A stretch of 64,000 nucleotides of DNA from contig OZ245046.1 in assembly GCA_965224245.1 (NCBI GenBank), positions 1,536,001 through 1,600,000 on the forward strand. The letters are read 5' to 3'. A program made the position numbers and the translations under genes. A model generated the notes under the pieces. It had not been told where the DNA came from. It saw only the letters and a list, made by a program, of their open reading frames with translations, and searched no databases. Each line of letters starts with the position of its first letter. Within the stretch, counting starts at the first letter, position 1. Positions 28,590-38,669 of the stretch are shown in pieces. Source of the stretch: Candidatus Eiseniibacteriota bacterium (GTDB lineage Bacteria > Eisenbacteria > RBG-16-71-46 > CAZAMP01).

Positions 28590-29683
28590 TCGAGCGCCTT
28601 CGGGCGCGACCCACACGCTTCGGCTTCTTCCAGGCGGTTCGCATCCTGGAGCGCGCCGCGGCGCGCGCCGAGCCCGCGCCGGCCCGGGCCAGACGGACGT
28701 TCGTCGGATCGGACGACCCGGCGGCGGAGGCGGTTCGGTTCCGGGTCACTCCCTCGTTGGGGTTCCCGGCGCACGCGATCGATCGGATTCGACGCCGGGA
28801 GGGCCAGACGCACGACGAGGTGACGATCACGTTCACCGGACTGACCGGCCCGGCAGGCGTCCTCCCCGATCACTACACCGAGCTCGTCCTCCGGCGCTCC
28901 CGCCGCCGGGACAACGGGCTACGCGACTTCCTCGATCTGTTCAACCACCGGCTGGTCGCGTTCTTCTATCGCGCGTGGGTCAAGTACCGGCCGCCGGTCG
29001 CGTACGAGCGCGCGCAGATGCGAGGCGACACCGACGCGTTCTCGTCCGCCGTGCGCGCGCTGGTGGGGCTCGCCGCCCCGAGCCTGAGCGATCGGCTCGG
29101 GCTCTCGGACGAGTCGTTCATGTACTACGCGGGGCATCTCTCGCGTGCGCCCCGATCGGCCGCCGTGATCGAGCAGCTCGTGGCCGAGCGCTTCGGCCTG
29201 CCCGCGCGTCTGGATCAGTTTGCCGGGGAGTGGCGGTATCTGCCCGAGAACGATCGCACGCGGCTTCCCAGTGCGAGGCGCCCCGACGGCTCGTACGCCG
29301 TCCTCGGGCGCGATGCGATGCTGGGCGAGCGCTGCTGGGACGTGACGGGTCGGGTTCGCCTGTGGCTGGGTCCGATGCCGTACGCGGCCTATCGCGAGCT
29401 GCTCCCGGGGGGAGACCAGGCGCACGCGCTCGGCGACTTCACGAAGATGGTGCTGGGGCCCTCGCTCGGTGCGGAGGTCCAGCTCGTCCTGTCCCAGGAC
29501 GACGTGCCGCCGCTCCGACTGGCGGGACACGCGACGGGCGACGCGCCCGCGGAAGGCGAGATGCCGGACGACCCGGACGCGCGCCGACTGGGCTGGGACA
29601 CCTGGCTGGCCGCGTCCTCAGGGGAGACCGTGCTGCTGGGTGCGACGTTGAACGTGGATGATGAACGAGCGGCGGTGGCCTGA
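28553..29683 (+). CDS. tssG: T6SS baseplate subunit TssG
   Basis: 'FGFFQAVRILE', 'GLTGPAGVLPDHYTE', 'DFLDLFNHR', 'YRAWVKYR', 'LGWDTWL'; start overlaps tssF end. Confidence 0.95.
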   Translation: MGATSGRSSASVVERLRARPTRFGFFQAVRILERAAARAEPAPARARRTFVGSDDPAAEAVRFRVTPSLGFPAHAIDRIRRREGQTHDEVTITFTGLTGPAGVLPDHYTELVLRRSRRRDNGLRDFLDLFNHRLVAFFYRAWVKYRPPVAYERAQMRGDTDAFSSAVRALVGLAAPSLSDRLGLSDESFMYYAGHLSRAPRSAAVIEQLVAERFGLPARLDQFAGEWRYLPENDRTRLPSARRPDGSYAVLGRDAMLGERCWDVTGRVRLWLGPMPYAAYRELLPGGDQAHALGDFTKMVLGPSLGAEVQLVLSQDDVPPLRLAGHATGDAPAEGEMPDDPDARRLGWDTWLAASSGETVLLGATLNVDDERAAVA

Positions 29684-29761
29684 CGGCACCGTCGTCGCGC
29701 GACTGCACGAGGAGACGCCGCACGGCACGGGCCGACGCGGCGATAGAGGCTGGAGAGACGC

Positions 29762-32497
29762 ATGGCGATCAACCTGAAGTCCCTGGTCCAACGACTCGAT
29801 CCGGTCTGCCGGCGGACGTTGGAAGGCGCGGCCGGGCTCTGCCTGTCCCGCACGCATTACAACGTCGAGGTCGAGCACTGGCTGACCAAGCTGTGCGAGA
29901 CGACCGATACCGATCTGGCGCTGATCCTGAACCAGCTCGACGTGGACATCTCGCGCCTGAACGCGGATCTCACGCGCACGCTGGACGGGTTCAAGACCGG
30001 CAACTCCCGGCCGCCGGCGCTCTCGCCGAACGTGGTCGAGCTGGCGCGCGAGGCGTGGCTGGTCGCGTCGCTGGAGTACGGTGCAGCCCACACGCGATCG
30101 GGGCACGTGCTGATCGCGCTGGTCACCGATTCCAGCCTCTCGCGACTCGCCCGGGACGTGTCCCGCGAGTTCGAGAAGCTCGGCCCGGAGGCGGTAGCCG
30201 GCGCGTTCGCGACCGTCGGCGGTGACTCCGGCGAGAACGACGGGTCGGCCACGGTGGCCGGGGCCGCCGCGCCGGCCGGAGCCGGAGGCATGCCGGCGGC
30301 GGGCGGCGGAACCGCGCTCGCCCAGTACACGATCGACCTCACCGCCCGCGCCGCGGGGGGGCACATCGACCCGGTGCTGGGTCGCGACGGCGAGATCCGT
30401 CAGATGATCGACATCCTGAGCCGGCGGCGTCAGAACAACCCGATCCTCACCGGTGAGGCCGGCGTGGGCAAGACGGCCGTCGTCGAGGGCTTCGCCCAGC
30501 GAATCGCCGACGGTGACGTGCCTCCGTCGCTCCAGGGCGTCGCGGTGCACACGCTCGATCTGGGTCTGCTCCAGGCCGGCGCGGGGATGAAGGGCGAGTT
30601 CGAGAACCGGCTGAAGTCCGTGATCGACGAGGTCAAGGCGTCCGCCAAGCCCATCATCATGTTCATCGACGAGGCGCACACGCTGATCGGCGCAGGTGGC
30701 CAGGCGGGGCAGAACGACGCCGCGAACCTCCTGAAGCCCGCCCTGGCCCGCGGCGAGCTGCGCACCGTGGCCGCCACCACGTGGGCGGAGTACAAGAAGT
30801 ACTTCGAGCGCGACGCCGCGCTGGCCCGTCGCTTCCAGGTGGTCAAGGTGGAGGAGCCGAGCGAGGAGTCGGCGATCGAGATGATGCGGGGCCTCAGCAA
30901 GACGATGCAGTCGCATCACGGCGTTCGCGTCCTCGACGAGGCGATTCAGGCGTCGGTGCGCCTGTCCAGCCGGTACATCACCGGTCGCCAGCTCCCGGAC
31001 AAGTCCGTGAGCCTCATCGACACGGCCTGTGCGCGCGTGGCCATCAGTCACACGGCGACACCGGCGGTCATCGAGGACGGCCGGCGCGGCATCGAGCAGC
31101 TCGGCGTGGCCATCGAGTCCCTCGAGCGCGAGCAGGACGCGGGCGCGGACCATGCCGAACGCATCGGTGAGATGAAGACGAAGCGCGATGGGGCGCAGAC
31201 CGCGCTGACGCAGCACGAGGAGCGCTGGAAGCGGGAGCTGGAGCTGGCTCGCGAGATCCGCACGCTTCAGGACAAGCTCGCCGGACCGCTGACCCCGTCC
31301 GGTGGCGCCAGGTCCGCTCCGGCGACCGAGGCGGCCGGGGAGGCACCGGCCGGCGACACCTCCGAGACGCCGGCTCCCGCGGGGCCGGTCACCGATCCCG
31401 GCGAGCGGACCGCCATCGCGGGAGAGCTCGAGACCAAGCGAGCCGAGCTGCGGGAGCTCCAGGGCGAGGAGCCGCTGGTCCAGGTGTCCGTCGACGAGCA
31501 GGCCATCGCCGACGTGGTGTCCGCATGGACCGGGATTCCGGTCGGCCGCATGGTGGCCGACGAGATCGGCACCGTCCTCTCGCTCCGGGAGCGAATGGAG
31601 GAGCGAATCGTCGGCCAGTCGCACGCGCTGGAGGAGATCGCGCAGACGATCCGGACCGGCCGCGCGAACCTGACCGACCCGGGCCGTCCGATCGGCGTGT
31701 TCATGATGGCGGGGCCGTCGGGCGTCGGGAAGACCGAGACCGCGATCACGCTGGCCGAGCTCCTGTACGGCGGTGACCAGAACATGACCGTGATCAACAT
31801 GTCCGAGTTCAAGGAGGAGCACAAGGTCTCGCTCCTGATGGGCTCTCCGCCGGGGTACGTGGGCTACGGCGAGGGCGGTGTGCTCACCGAAGCCGTCCGT
31901 CGCAAGCCGTACAGCGTCGTTCTCCTGGACGAGATGGAGAAGGCGCACCCGGGCGTGCAGGACGTCTTCTATCAGGTGTTCGACAAGGGCATGATGAAGG
32001 ACGGCGAGGGCCGGGACATCGACTTCAAGAACACGGTGATCATCATCACGTCCAACCTCGGAACCGACACGATCGTCTCGATGTGCGAGGACCCCGAGAC
32101 GACCCCGGATCCGGAAGGCCTGGCCAAGGCGATCCGGAACGACCTCCTCGGATACTTCAAGCCGGCATTCCTCGGACGCCTGTCGGTGGTTCCGTACTTC
32201 CCGCTCAGCGACGAGGTGATGCGCAAGATCATCCGGCTCAAGCTCGGAAAGGTCGAGCGACGGGTCCGCGACAACTACAAGGCCACGTTCGGCTACACGC
32301 CGGCCGTGGTCGAGGCGATCGCCGAGCGATGCCAGGAGGTGCACACGGGAGCCCGAAACGTCGACCACATCCTGTCCCGAACGCTGCTGCCCGAGCTGGC
32401 GGCCGAGTTCCTGGGTCGGATGGCCGAGGGAGGCGTGATCGCCCAGGTGCAGGTGGACGTTGAGAGCGGAGGCGGCTTCGATTACGCGCTGAGCTGA
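29762..32497 (+). CDS. tssH: T6SS AAA+ ATPase ClpV (TssH)
   Basis: 'AAGLCLSRTHYNVEVEH', 'RRRQNNPILTGEAGVGKT', 'FIDEAHTL', second Walker A 'GPSGVGKT'. Confidence 0.97.
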   Translation: MAINLKSLVQRLDPVCRRTLEGAAGLCLSRTHYNVEVEHWLTKLCETTDTDLALILNQLDVDISRLNADLTRTLDGFKTGNSRPPALSPNVVELAREAWLVASLEYGAAHTRSGHVLIALVTDSSLSRLARDVSREFEKLGPEAVAGAFATVGGDSGENDGSATVAGAAAPAGAGGMPAAGGGTALAQYTIDLTARAAGGHIDPVLGRDGEIRQMIDILSRRRQNNPILTGEAGVGKTAVVEGFAQRIADGDVPPSLQGVAVHTLDLGLLQAGAGMKGEFENRLKSVIDEVKASAKPIIMFIDEAHTLIGAGGQAGQNDAANLLKPALARGELRTVAATTWAEYKKYFERDAALARRFQVVKVEEPSEESAIEMMRGLSKTMQSHHGVRVLDEAIQASVRLSSRYITGRQLPDKSVSLIDTACARVAISHTATPAVIEDGRRGIEQLGVAIESLEREQDAGADHAERIGEMKTKRDGAQTALTQHEERWKRELELAREIRTLQDKLAGPLTPSGGARSAPATEAAGEAPAGDTSETPAPAGPVTDPGERTAIAGELETKRAELRELQGEEPLVQVSVDEQAIADVVSAWTGIPVGRMVADEIGTVLSLRERMEERIVGQSHALEEIAQTIRTGRANLTDPGRPIGVFMMAGPSGVGKTETAITLAELLYGGDQNMTVINMSEFKEEHKVSLLMGSPPGYVGYGEGGVLTEAVRRKPYSVVLLDEMEKAHPGVQDVFYQVFDKGMMKDGEGRDIDFKNTVIIITSNLGTDTIVSMCEDPETTPDPEGLAKAIRNDLLGYFKPAFLGRLSVVPYFPLSDEVMRKIIRLKLGKVERRVRDNYKATFGYTPAVVEAIAERCQEVHTGARNVDHILSRTLLPELAAEFLGRMAEGGVIAQVQVDVESGGGFDYALS

Positions 32498-32506
32498 GTT
32501 TTCTCG

Positions 32507-32543
32507 CTCTACCGGACAGAACTCCGCGTCGGGGCCGGTAGAG
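32507..32543 (+). terminator. Inverted repeat after clpV
   Basis: CTCTACCGG (32507-32515) / CCGGTAGAG (32535-32543). Confidence 0.35.
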
Positions 32544-32709
32544 GCGACGTCGATGAGGACGGGGTCGGCACCGGAAGGAGCCGGCAACGCCTCGAAGGAT
32601 CGAGTTAAACTGGTCTTCCGTAAGGAGTTAGGTCAAGGCGACCTCTCGGCGCGGGGGACAGCTTCCACGAGCGACACTGTCGCGAGCGGGCCAAAGGAGC
32701 AAGGGAATC

Positions 32710-33183
32710 ATGGCGATCTATCTGAAGTACGAAGGCATGACCGGCGAGGTGACGGCGGCCGGGCACGAGGGCTGGATCGAGTGCAGCTCGCTCCAGTGGG
32801 GCGTCGGACGCGGCATCATCATGCAGACCGGCGCCAGCAAGGACCGCGAGGCCTCCTCGCCCTCGATCAGCGAGGTCACCGTGACCAAGCTGATGGACGA
32901 GACCACGCCGTATTTCTTCACCGAGGCCTGCGTGGGCAAGAGCAAGAAGGTGGAGATCCATCTCGTCAAGACCGGTGACACGCTCGAGAGCTACATGGAG
33001 TACACGCTGTCGGACTGCATGGTCTCGGGCTACTCGGTCTCGACCGGTGGCGATCGTCCGTCGGAGTCGATCTCGCTGAACTTCACCAAGGTCGAGATGA
33101 AGTACATCCCGTTCGACGACAAGCACGCGGCGATGGCTCCGATCCCGGCCGGCTACGACCTCAAGACGGCGAAGATGGTCTAG
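32710..33183 (+). CDS. hcp: T6SS tube protein Hcp (TssD)
   Basis: 'IYLKY..GE....HEGWIE', 'SEVTVTKLMD', 'PSESISLNFTK', 'GYDL'. Confidence 0.95.
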   Translation: MAIYLKYEGMTGEVTAAGHEGWIECSSLQWGVGRGIIMQTGASKDREASSPSISEVTVTKLMDETTPYFFTEACVGKSKKVEIHLVKTGDTLESYMEYTLSDCMVSGYSVSTGGDRPSESISLNFTKVEMKYIPFDDKHAAMAPIPAGYDLKTAKMV

Positions 33184-33185
33184 GT

Positions 33186-33223
33186 GTCGATCCCGGGGCG
33201 GCGCTCGCGCCGCCCCGGTCGAC
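33186..33223 (+). terminator. Strong stem-loop between hcp and vgrG
   Basis: 11-bp perfect stem CCGGGGCGGCG / CGCCGCCCCGG, extended by GTCGA/TCGAC; no U-tract. Confidence 0.5.
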
Positions 33224-33283
33224 CCGGTCGCCCCCGGGCGCGCCGGCGACCAACCGTCACTCTCTAACCCGGTAGTCACAATC

Positions 33284-35332
33284 ATGCCGACGTACACACA
33301 AGACAACCGATTCCTTCAGCTCGAGACGCCGCTCGGTCCCGATCTCCTGGTGACCGATCTCCACGGCGTGGAAGAGATGTCTCGGCTCTTCCGATACGAG
33401 ATGACGCTGATCTCCGACCGAGACGACGTCACCGCTTCGGATCTGGTCGGCTCGAACGTCAGCGTGTCGTGGCATCGGGACGGCGGTCCCAGCTGGGTCA
33501 ATGCGTACGTGAGCGAGTTCACGCGGACCACCGTCGGCGAGTCGCCCGGCTATCGGGCCGTGCTCGTGCCGTGGCTCTGGTTCCTGGGGCAGCGGTCCAG
33601 CTGCCGGATCTTCCAGCAGAAGAGCATCGTGGACATCGTCGAGGCGGTGTTCTCGGACGCGGGCTTCTCGGACTTCGAGATGCGTCTCGGCAGCTATCCG
33701 CCGCGCGAGTACGTGGTTCAGTACAACGAGACCGACCTCGAGTTCGTGTCGCGGCTGCTCGAAGAGGCCGGCATCTTCTACTTCTTCACGCACGCACAGG
33801 GCAAGCACACCCTCGTGCTCGCGGATGCGACGTCGGCGTATCTGGACGCGGACGAGTCCGAGGTCCCGTTTCACACCGAGCTGGCCGACACCGATCACAT
33901 CACGAGCTGGGAACGCTCGAGCCGCTTCCGCACCGGCAAGGTCGCCCTGTCCGACTACGACTTCCTGAAGCCGACGAACTCGCTGATGGCCAGCGTCAAC
34001 ACCGTCGTCGAGCTGCCCGACGTCGGCAAGCACGAGCGCTACGAGTACCCGGGCGCTTATCTGACCTCCAGCGCCGGCAAGGACGTGGCCAAGACGCGCA
34101 TCGAGGCGATCGAGGCCGCGGTCGAGGTGACCACGGGCGACAGCAGCTGCCGCTCGTTCGCCGTCGGACACAAGTTCACCCTCTCCCGGCACGATCAGAT
34201 GCCGCCGGAGGAGGGGCTGTCGTACGTGATCACGTCCATCCGCCACGCGGTGTCGGATCACTCGTACGCGGGCGGGGACCAGGACTATCGCAACAGCTTC
34301 ACCTGCATCCCGAGCACGACGGTCTTCCGCCCCGAGCGGATCACGCCCGCTCCGCGGGTGGCCGGCCTCCAGTCGGCCCGGGTCGTGGGACCGTCCGGGG
34401 AAGAGATCTACGTGGACGAGCACGGTCGCATCAAGGTGCAGTTCCACTGGGATCGCGAGGGCAAGAAGAACGAGGACAGCTCGTGCTGGATCCGCGTGGC
34501 GCAGACGAGCGCCGGCGGGGGGTTCGGGGCGGTGTTCATTCCCCGGATCGGCCACGAGGTCATCGTGGACTTCCTGGACGGGGACGTGGATCGCCCGATC
34601 GTCATCGGGACCCTCTACAACGGCGACAACAAGCCGCCGTACAAGCTCCCCGACAACAAGACCGTGTCCACGATCAAGACGAACTCGTCCAAGGGCGGTG
34701 GCGGCTTCAACGAGATCCGGTTCGAGGACAAGAAGGACTCCGAGGAGCTGTTCTTCCACGCGCAGAAGGACCAGACGATCGTCGTCGAGAACGACCGCAA
34801 CGAGTCCACCGGCCACGACCGCTCACTCGAGGTGGGCAACGACAAGTCCGAGTCCGTGGGCCGCAACAAGTCGATCGAGGTGGGGAAGAACCACCAGGAG
34901 ACCATCGGCGCCGACGCCAGCATCGAGGTGGGCGGATCGCGCACCGAGAGCATCGGCAAGGATCAGACCGAGACCATCGGCGGCGGCCTCACCGTCAGCG
35001 TGGGCAAGGGCGGCTCGCTGTCCATCGGCAAGGGCTACACGGTCAGCGTGTCCGATGCGCAGAGCGTGTCCGTCGGCAAGAACGCCTCGCTCTCGATCGG
35101 CAAGGACTCGAGCACGGACGTCGGCGGCAAGTCGTCCACGTCCGTGGGCAAGGAGTACACGCTGGAGGCCAAGGCCGTGGAGATCAAGGCCAGTGACTCG
35201 ATCACGCTCAAGGCGGGGAGCGCCGTCCTCGAGCTCAAGAAGAACGGCGACATCACGCTCAAGGGCAAGAACATCAACGTCAAGGGCTCGGGCAAGGTCG
35301 TCGTCAAGGGCCAGCAGATCGGAATGAACTGA
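33284..35332 (+). CDS. vgrG: T6SS spike protein VgrG (TssI), no toxin extension
   Basis: 'RIFQ', 'VQYNETDLEFVSRLLEEAGIFY', 'DEHGRIKVQFHWDR', 'PRIGHEV', 'NEIRFED', 'HAQKD'; C-terminal gp5-like beta repeats. Confidence 0.97.
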   Translation: MPTYTQDNRFLQLETPLGPDLLVTDLHGVEEMSRLFRYEMTLISDRDDVTASDLVGSNVSVSWHRDGGPSWVNAYVSEFTRTTVGESPGYRAVLVPWLWFLGQRSSCRIFQQKSIVDIVEAVFSDAGFSDFEMRLGSYPPREYVVQYNETDLEFVSRLLEEAGIFYFFTHAQGKHTLVLADATSAYLDADESEVPFHTELADTDHITSWERSSRFRTGKVALSDYDFLKPTNSLMASVNTVVELPDVGKHERYEYPGAYLTSSAGKDVAKTRIEAIEAAVEVTTGDSSCRSFAVGHKFTLSRHDQMPPEEGLSYVITSIRHAVSDHSYAGGDQDYRNSFTCIPSTTVFRPERITPAPRVAGLQSARVVGPSGEEIYVDEHGRIKVQFHWDREGKKNEDSSCWIRVAQTSAGGGFGAVFIPRIGHEVIVDFLDGDVDRPIVIGTLYNGDNKPPYKLPDNKTVSTIKTNSSKGGGGFNEIRFEDKKDSEELFFHAQKDQTIVVENDRNESTGHDRSLEVGNDKSESVGRNKSIEVGKNHQETIGADASIEVGGSRTESIGKDQTETIGGGLTVSVGKGGSLSIGKGYTVSVSDAQSVSVGKNASLSIGKDSSTDVGGKSSTSVGKEYTLEAKAVEIKASDSITLKAGSAVLELKKNGDITLKGKNINVKGSGKVVVKGQQIGMN

Positions 35333-35901
35333 TGATCACCCGGGAGACTGTCATGCCGACCGAACTCCAGAATGGCGCACGTCACGAGGCGCCGCCGCTC
35401 GACGCGGTGGAGCGCGACGGGTCGTCCGGGCTCGACGACGTGCTCGAAGCCACCGTGGACGACGCGTTGCCGGCGCCGGAGGCCCGCGTCGAGGGCGTCG
35501 TGATCGGACGTCTCGACGAGGTGTCCGACGGGGCCGTGGTCACGTTCGACTGGTGCCGCCGCGAGTGGCGCGAGCGCGCCCGGATCACCGGCACGCTCGG
35601 AGCCGCGGACGTCGGACGCGCGGTCGCGCTCGTGTTCGAGAGCGGGGATCCCCGCCGTCCCATCGTGGTGGGACCGATCGACGCCGCGTCCGAGCCGCGG
35701 CTCGACCGGGCGACGTCGAGCGCCGCCGGGACGTCCGGACGGCGCGTTCGCATCGAGGCCGACGAGGAGCTCGTGCTGGCCTGCGGAGACTCGAGCCTCA
35801 CGCTCACCCGGGCCGGCAAGGTGCTCCTGAAGGGGCGCTACGTCTCCAACCGTTCGACCGGGGTGATGCGCCTGAAGGGCGCATCGGTCCAGATCAACTA
35901 G
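35332..35901 (+). CDS. DUF6484-like protein (OB-fold plus short spike-like tail)
   Basis: 'VALVFESGDPRRPIVVG', 'IEADEELVLACGDSSLTL...GKVLLKG....R.KGASVQIN'. Confidence 0.8.
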   Translation: MITRETVMPTELQNGARHEAPPLDAVERDGSSGLDDVLEATVDDALPAPEARVEGVVIGRLDEVSDGAVVTFDWCRREWRERARITGTLGAADVGRAVALVFESGDPRRPIVVGPIDAASEPRLDRATSSAAGTSGRRVRIEADEELVLACGDSSLTLTRAGKVLLKGRYVSNRSTGVMRLKGASVQIN

Positions 35902-35911
35902 GAGAGTCGTC

Positions 35912-37144
35912 GTGTGGCTGGAAACGCTGCCGTCGATCGTCGATGAACACGTCGAGGAGTGCGCGGTGCTGCATCTTGCCCGTCGCGGCGCGGTGGTCTC
36001 GCCGGCCTTCACGCTGCCCGAGCTGACCGAGCTGGATCTCCGACTCGACGCGCACGCCGACGGGCTGCGCCTGGCGGGACGGCCGGCGGTCGACGCGCTG
36101 ATCTCGGCCCTCGACGGCGGCGAGGTCTCCGAGGTGTTCGCCGCGGCCGTCATCGCGTTCACCGAGTCGCCCGACCTCGAGGCGGCCGTGCTCGACGCGG
36201 TCGCGGCGGATCCGACTCTGGCCTCGGGACTGGCCGACGCCCTCGTGTGGACCGAGCCGGTGCGCGCCCGTGAGCGCGTCGCCACATACGTCCGGCACGA
36301 GGCGGCGGGTGTCCGCGCCGCCGCGTTCGACGCCGCGTCGACACTCCTGACGGGGGATCTCGTCCGGGCGGGGCTCACCGACGCCGACCCCGTCGTGCGC
36401 CGGGCCGCGCTCCGCGCCGCGGTCGGCCTCGGCGACCGCGACCTGACTCGCGACGTCGACCGGTTGCGTGACGATGCCGCCTGCCGGACCTGGGCCCTCG
36501 TGGCGGCCTGCCGCTACGGGGATCGCCGGGCCGCCGACGCACTGGCGGACGGCGTCGATCCGGCCACTCCATCGGAGGCCGACCCGACGCCGGAGACGGT
36601 GCTGGCCGCGTGGGTACGCGCGTCGACTCCCGCGGCCGTCGATGCGCGCCTCGCCGAGCTGACCCGATCCTCGGCCGCTCGCCTCGCCGCCTGGGGGTAT
36701 GCGGTGTCCGGCCGGGCCGAGACCCTCGATCGTGTACTCGCGCTCCTGGACGACACGGACGCGGCACGCCGGGCCGGCTTCGCGTTCGCCACCATCACCG
36801 GGACCGACCTCGCGGCCGCCGGCCTCGAGGGGGCGGCCCCCGGCGACGCGCCCGAGGGGCCTACCGACGATCCCGACGACGACGACGTGGGCCTCGATCC
36901 CGACGACGACTTCCCGTGGCCCGACGCCGACCTCGTGCGCGCGTTCTGGCGCGGGTCGGACGCGTCACTGCCGAGCGGGGTCGTCCTGCGCCGAGGTCAC
37001 CCGAGCGCTCACGCCCTTCTCGCCGATCGCGATCTCAGTCAGCTCGAGCGATGCCTCGTGCGGGACGACCTCCTCTGGGGCGACCCGTCCGCGCGCCGGG
37101 CCGCCGTCGACGAGCCCGGTTTCCGACAGGCCATGGGAGGTTGA
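35912..37144 (+). CDS. TIGR02270 family HEAT-repeat protein
   Basis: 'IVDEHVEE', 'RLDAHADGL', 'AGFAFATITGTDL', 'GPTDDP..DV..DPDDDFPWPD'. Confidence 0.8.
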   Translation: MWLETLPSIVDEHVEECAVLHLARRGAVVSPAFTLPELTELDLRLDAHADGLRLAGRPAVDALISALDGGEVSEVFAAAVIAFTESPDLEAAVLDAVAADPTLASGLADALVWTEPVRARERVATYVRHEAAGVRAAAFDAASTLLTGDLVRAGLTDADPVVRRAALRAAVGLGDRDLTRDVDRLRDDAACRTWALVAACRYGDRRAADALADGVDPATPSEADPTPETVLAAWVRASTPAAVDARLAELTRSSAARLAAWGYAVSGRAETLDRVLALLDDTDAARRAGFAFATITGTDLAAAGLEGAAPGDAPEGPTDDPDDDDVGLDPDDDFPWPDADLVRAFWRGSDASLPSGVVLRRGHPSAHALLADRDLSQLERCLVRDDLLWGDPSARRAAVDEPGFRQAMGG

Positions 37145-37145
37145 G

Positions 37146-37601
37146 ATGCCCGTCACCGTAGGTGTGAACTTCCTGAGCGTCGTGCACAAGGCGTCGAACG
37201 GGGTCACGATCGCGTTTCCCGACGTCTGCAAGACGCCGACCCCCGCGGGTCCCGTTCCGATCCCGTACCCGAACATCGCGATGTCCAGCGACACGTCCAA
37301 GGGCACCAAGAAGGTCAAGGCGGACGGACAGCCGTTCTGCGTCAAGGACTCGAACTTCATGATGAGCACCGGGGACGAGGCGGGCTCCGCCGGTGGCGTC
37401 GCGTCCAGCAAGATCAAGGGCAAAGCCGAGTTCGTGAACTTCTCGTTCGACGTGAAGGCGGAGGGCAAGAACGTGTCTCGCGCGTTCGACCTGATGCTGC
37501 ACAACGACAAGAACACGCCGCCGTTTCCGGTCTTGCAGCCGCCGATCATCGCCATTCTCGTGTCCAATCCGACCTGCATCGTCTGTTCGAAGCCGCTGTA
37601 G
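37146..37601 (+). CDS. Stand-alone PAAR-like spike tip protein (DUF4150, PIPY motif)
   Basis: 'FPDVCKTP..GPVPIPYPN', 'STGDEAG', 'SFDVKAEGKNV.R..D'; ends in 'CIVCSKPL'. Confidence 0.9.
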   Translation: MPVTVGVNFLSVVHKASNGVTIAFPDVCKTPTPAGPVPIPYPNIAMSSDTSKGTKKVKADGQPFCVKDSNFMMSTGDEAGSAGGVASSKIKGKAEFVNFSFDVKAEGKNVSRAFDLMLHNDKNTPPFPVLQPPIIAILVSNPTCIVCSKPL

Positions 37602-37625
37602 CGTTCGCCGCCGAAGGAACCTCCG

Positions 37626-38669
37626 ATGATCGCGCCCGACATCACGACCGACACCGGCTTCGCCATCGCCCCGCTCTTCGTGGCGGACGAGGACGCGCGT
37701 CCGTGCTTCGTGCCGGTGCTCAAGGCGACGTACGACCTGTCGGGCGGTGCGCCGGTCCTCGCCGACGAGCAGGCGCCGGTCGACACGTCCGGGTCGTACT
37801 GGGGCGAGCCGGGCCAGTCCAGCGTCCGGATCGAGCCCGAGCACGCGCCGATCAAGCTGACGACCGACGTCGTGCTGATCGGGCACGCGGTCGCCCCCGG
37901 TGGGTCGGCGACCCACGTGGACGTCGGGCTTCGGGTGGGGCCGGTGCAACGGGTGGCGCGGGTGTTCGGGCCCCGGACCTGGTCCCGGGGGCGGTTTCGC
38001 ACCGGCATCAGCGATCCCGAGCCGTTCGACCGGATCGCACTCACCTACGAGAACGCGTTCGGCGGCTGGGATCGCCGTCACGACGACGAGTCGAAGCACG
38101 ACCGCGAGCCCCGCAACCCCATCGGACGGGGCTTCCTGGCCAAGGGATCCAAGGTCGAGGACGGCGAGCCGCTCCCCAGCGTGGAGGACCCGCGACAGCT
38201 CATCGGCAGCCCCGGCGATCGCCCGTCGCCGGTGGGCTTCGGCTTCGTCTACGGGGCCTGGGAGCCCAGAGCGAGCCTGGCCGGGACCTATGACGCCGCT
38301 TGGAATGACAGTCGCAAGCCACTGCTTCCAAAGGACTTCGACAGGCGATACTTCAATGCCGCGTTCCCGGACCTCGTGACCCCGTCGTTCCTGGAAGGGG
38401 GGGAGCCCGTGCGCGTCGTCGGCACGTCCACGCGCGGCGCGCTGGAGTTTCGCCTGCCCGCGCCGGGCCGGCCGGTGTGCCGCGTCGCGCGGCGGCGGGA
38501 CCGCGACGCCGCCCTGACGCTGGTGCTGGACACCATCGTCTTGGACACCGACGCCGAGCGCTTGTACATGACCTGGCGGGGGCACCTGCCGCTCCGAGAG
38601 GGCCCGCTCGACGTGCAGTCGGGCGAGGTCGTGCTCGCCGGCGACCGAGCGCCCGTGGAGGCCCGATGA
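37626..38669 (+). CDS. DUF2169 T6SS chaperone/adaptor
   Basis: 'VLKATYD', 'KLTTDVVLIGHA', 'VFGPRTW', 'YENAFGG', 'NPIGRGF', 'GTYDAAW', 'LPKDFDRRYFNAA', 'LDTI', 'WR'. Confidence 0.92.
   Translation: MIAPDITTDTGFAIAPLFVADEDARPCFVPVLKATYDLSGGAPVLADEQAPVDTSGSYWGEPGQSSVRIEPEHAPIKLTTDVVLIGHAVAPGGSATHVDVGLRVGPVQRVARVFGPRTWSRGRFRTGISDPEPFDRIALTYENAFGGWDRRHDDESKHDREPRNPIGRGFLAKGSKVEDGEPLPSVEDPRQLIGSPGDRPSPVGFGFVYGAWEPRASLAGTYDAAWNDSRKPLLPKDFDRRYFNAAFPDLVTPSFLEGGEPVRVVGTSTRGALEFRLPAPGRPVCRVARRRDRDAALTLVLDTIVLDTDAERLYMTWRGHLPLREGPLDVQSGEVVLAGDRAPVEAR

Noticed and set aside
34780-35330. Repetitive DNA resembling an array
   Set aside because: Coding gp5-like beta repeats of VgrG; no identical repeats with unique spacers, so not CRISPR
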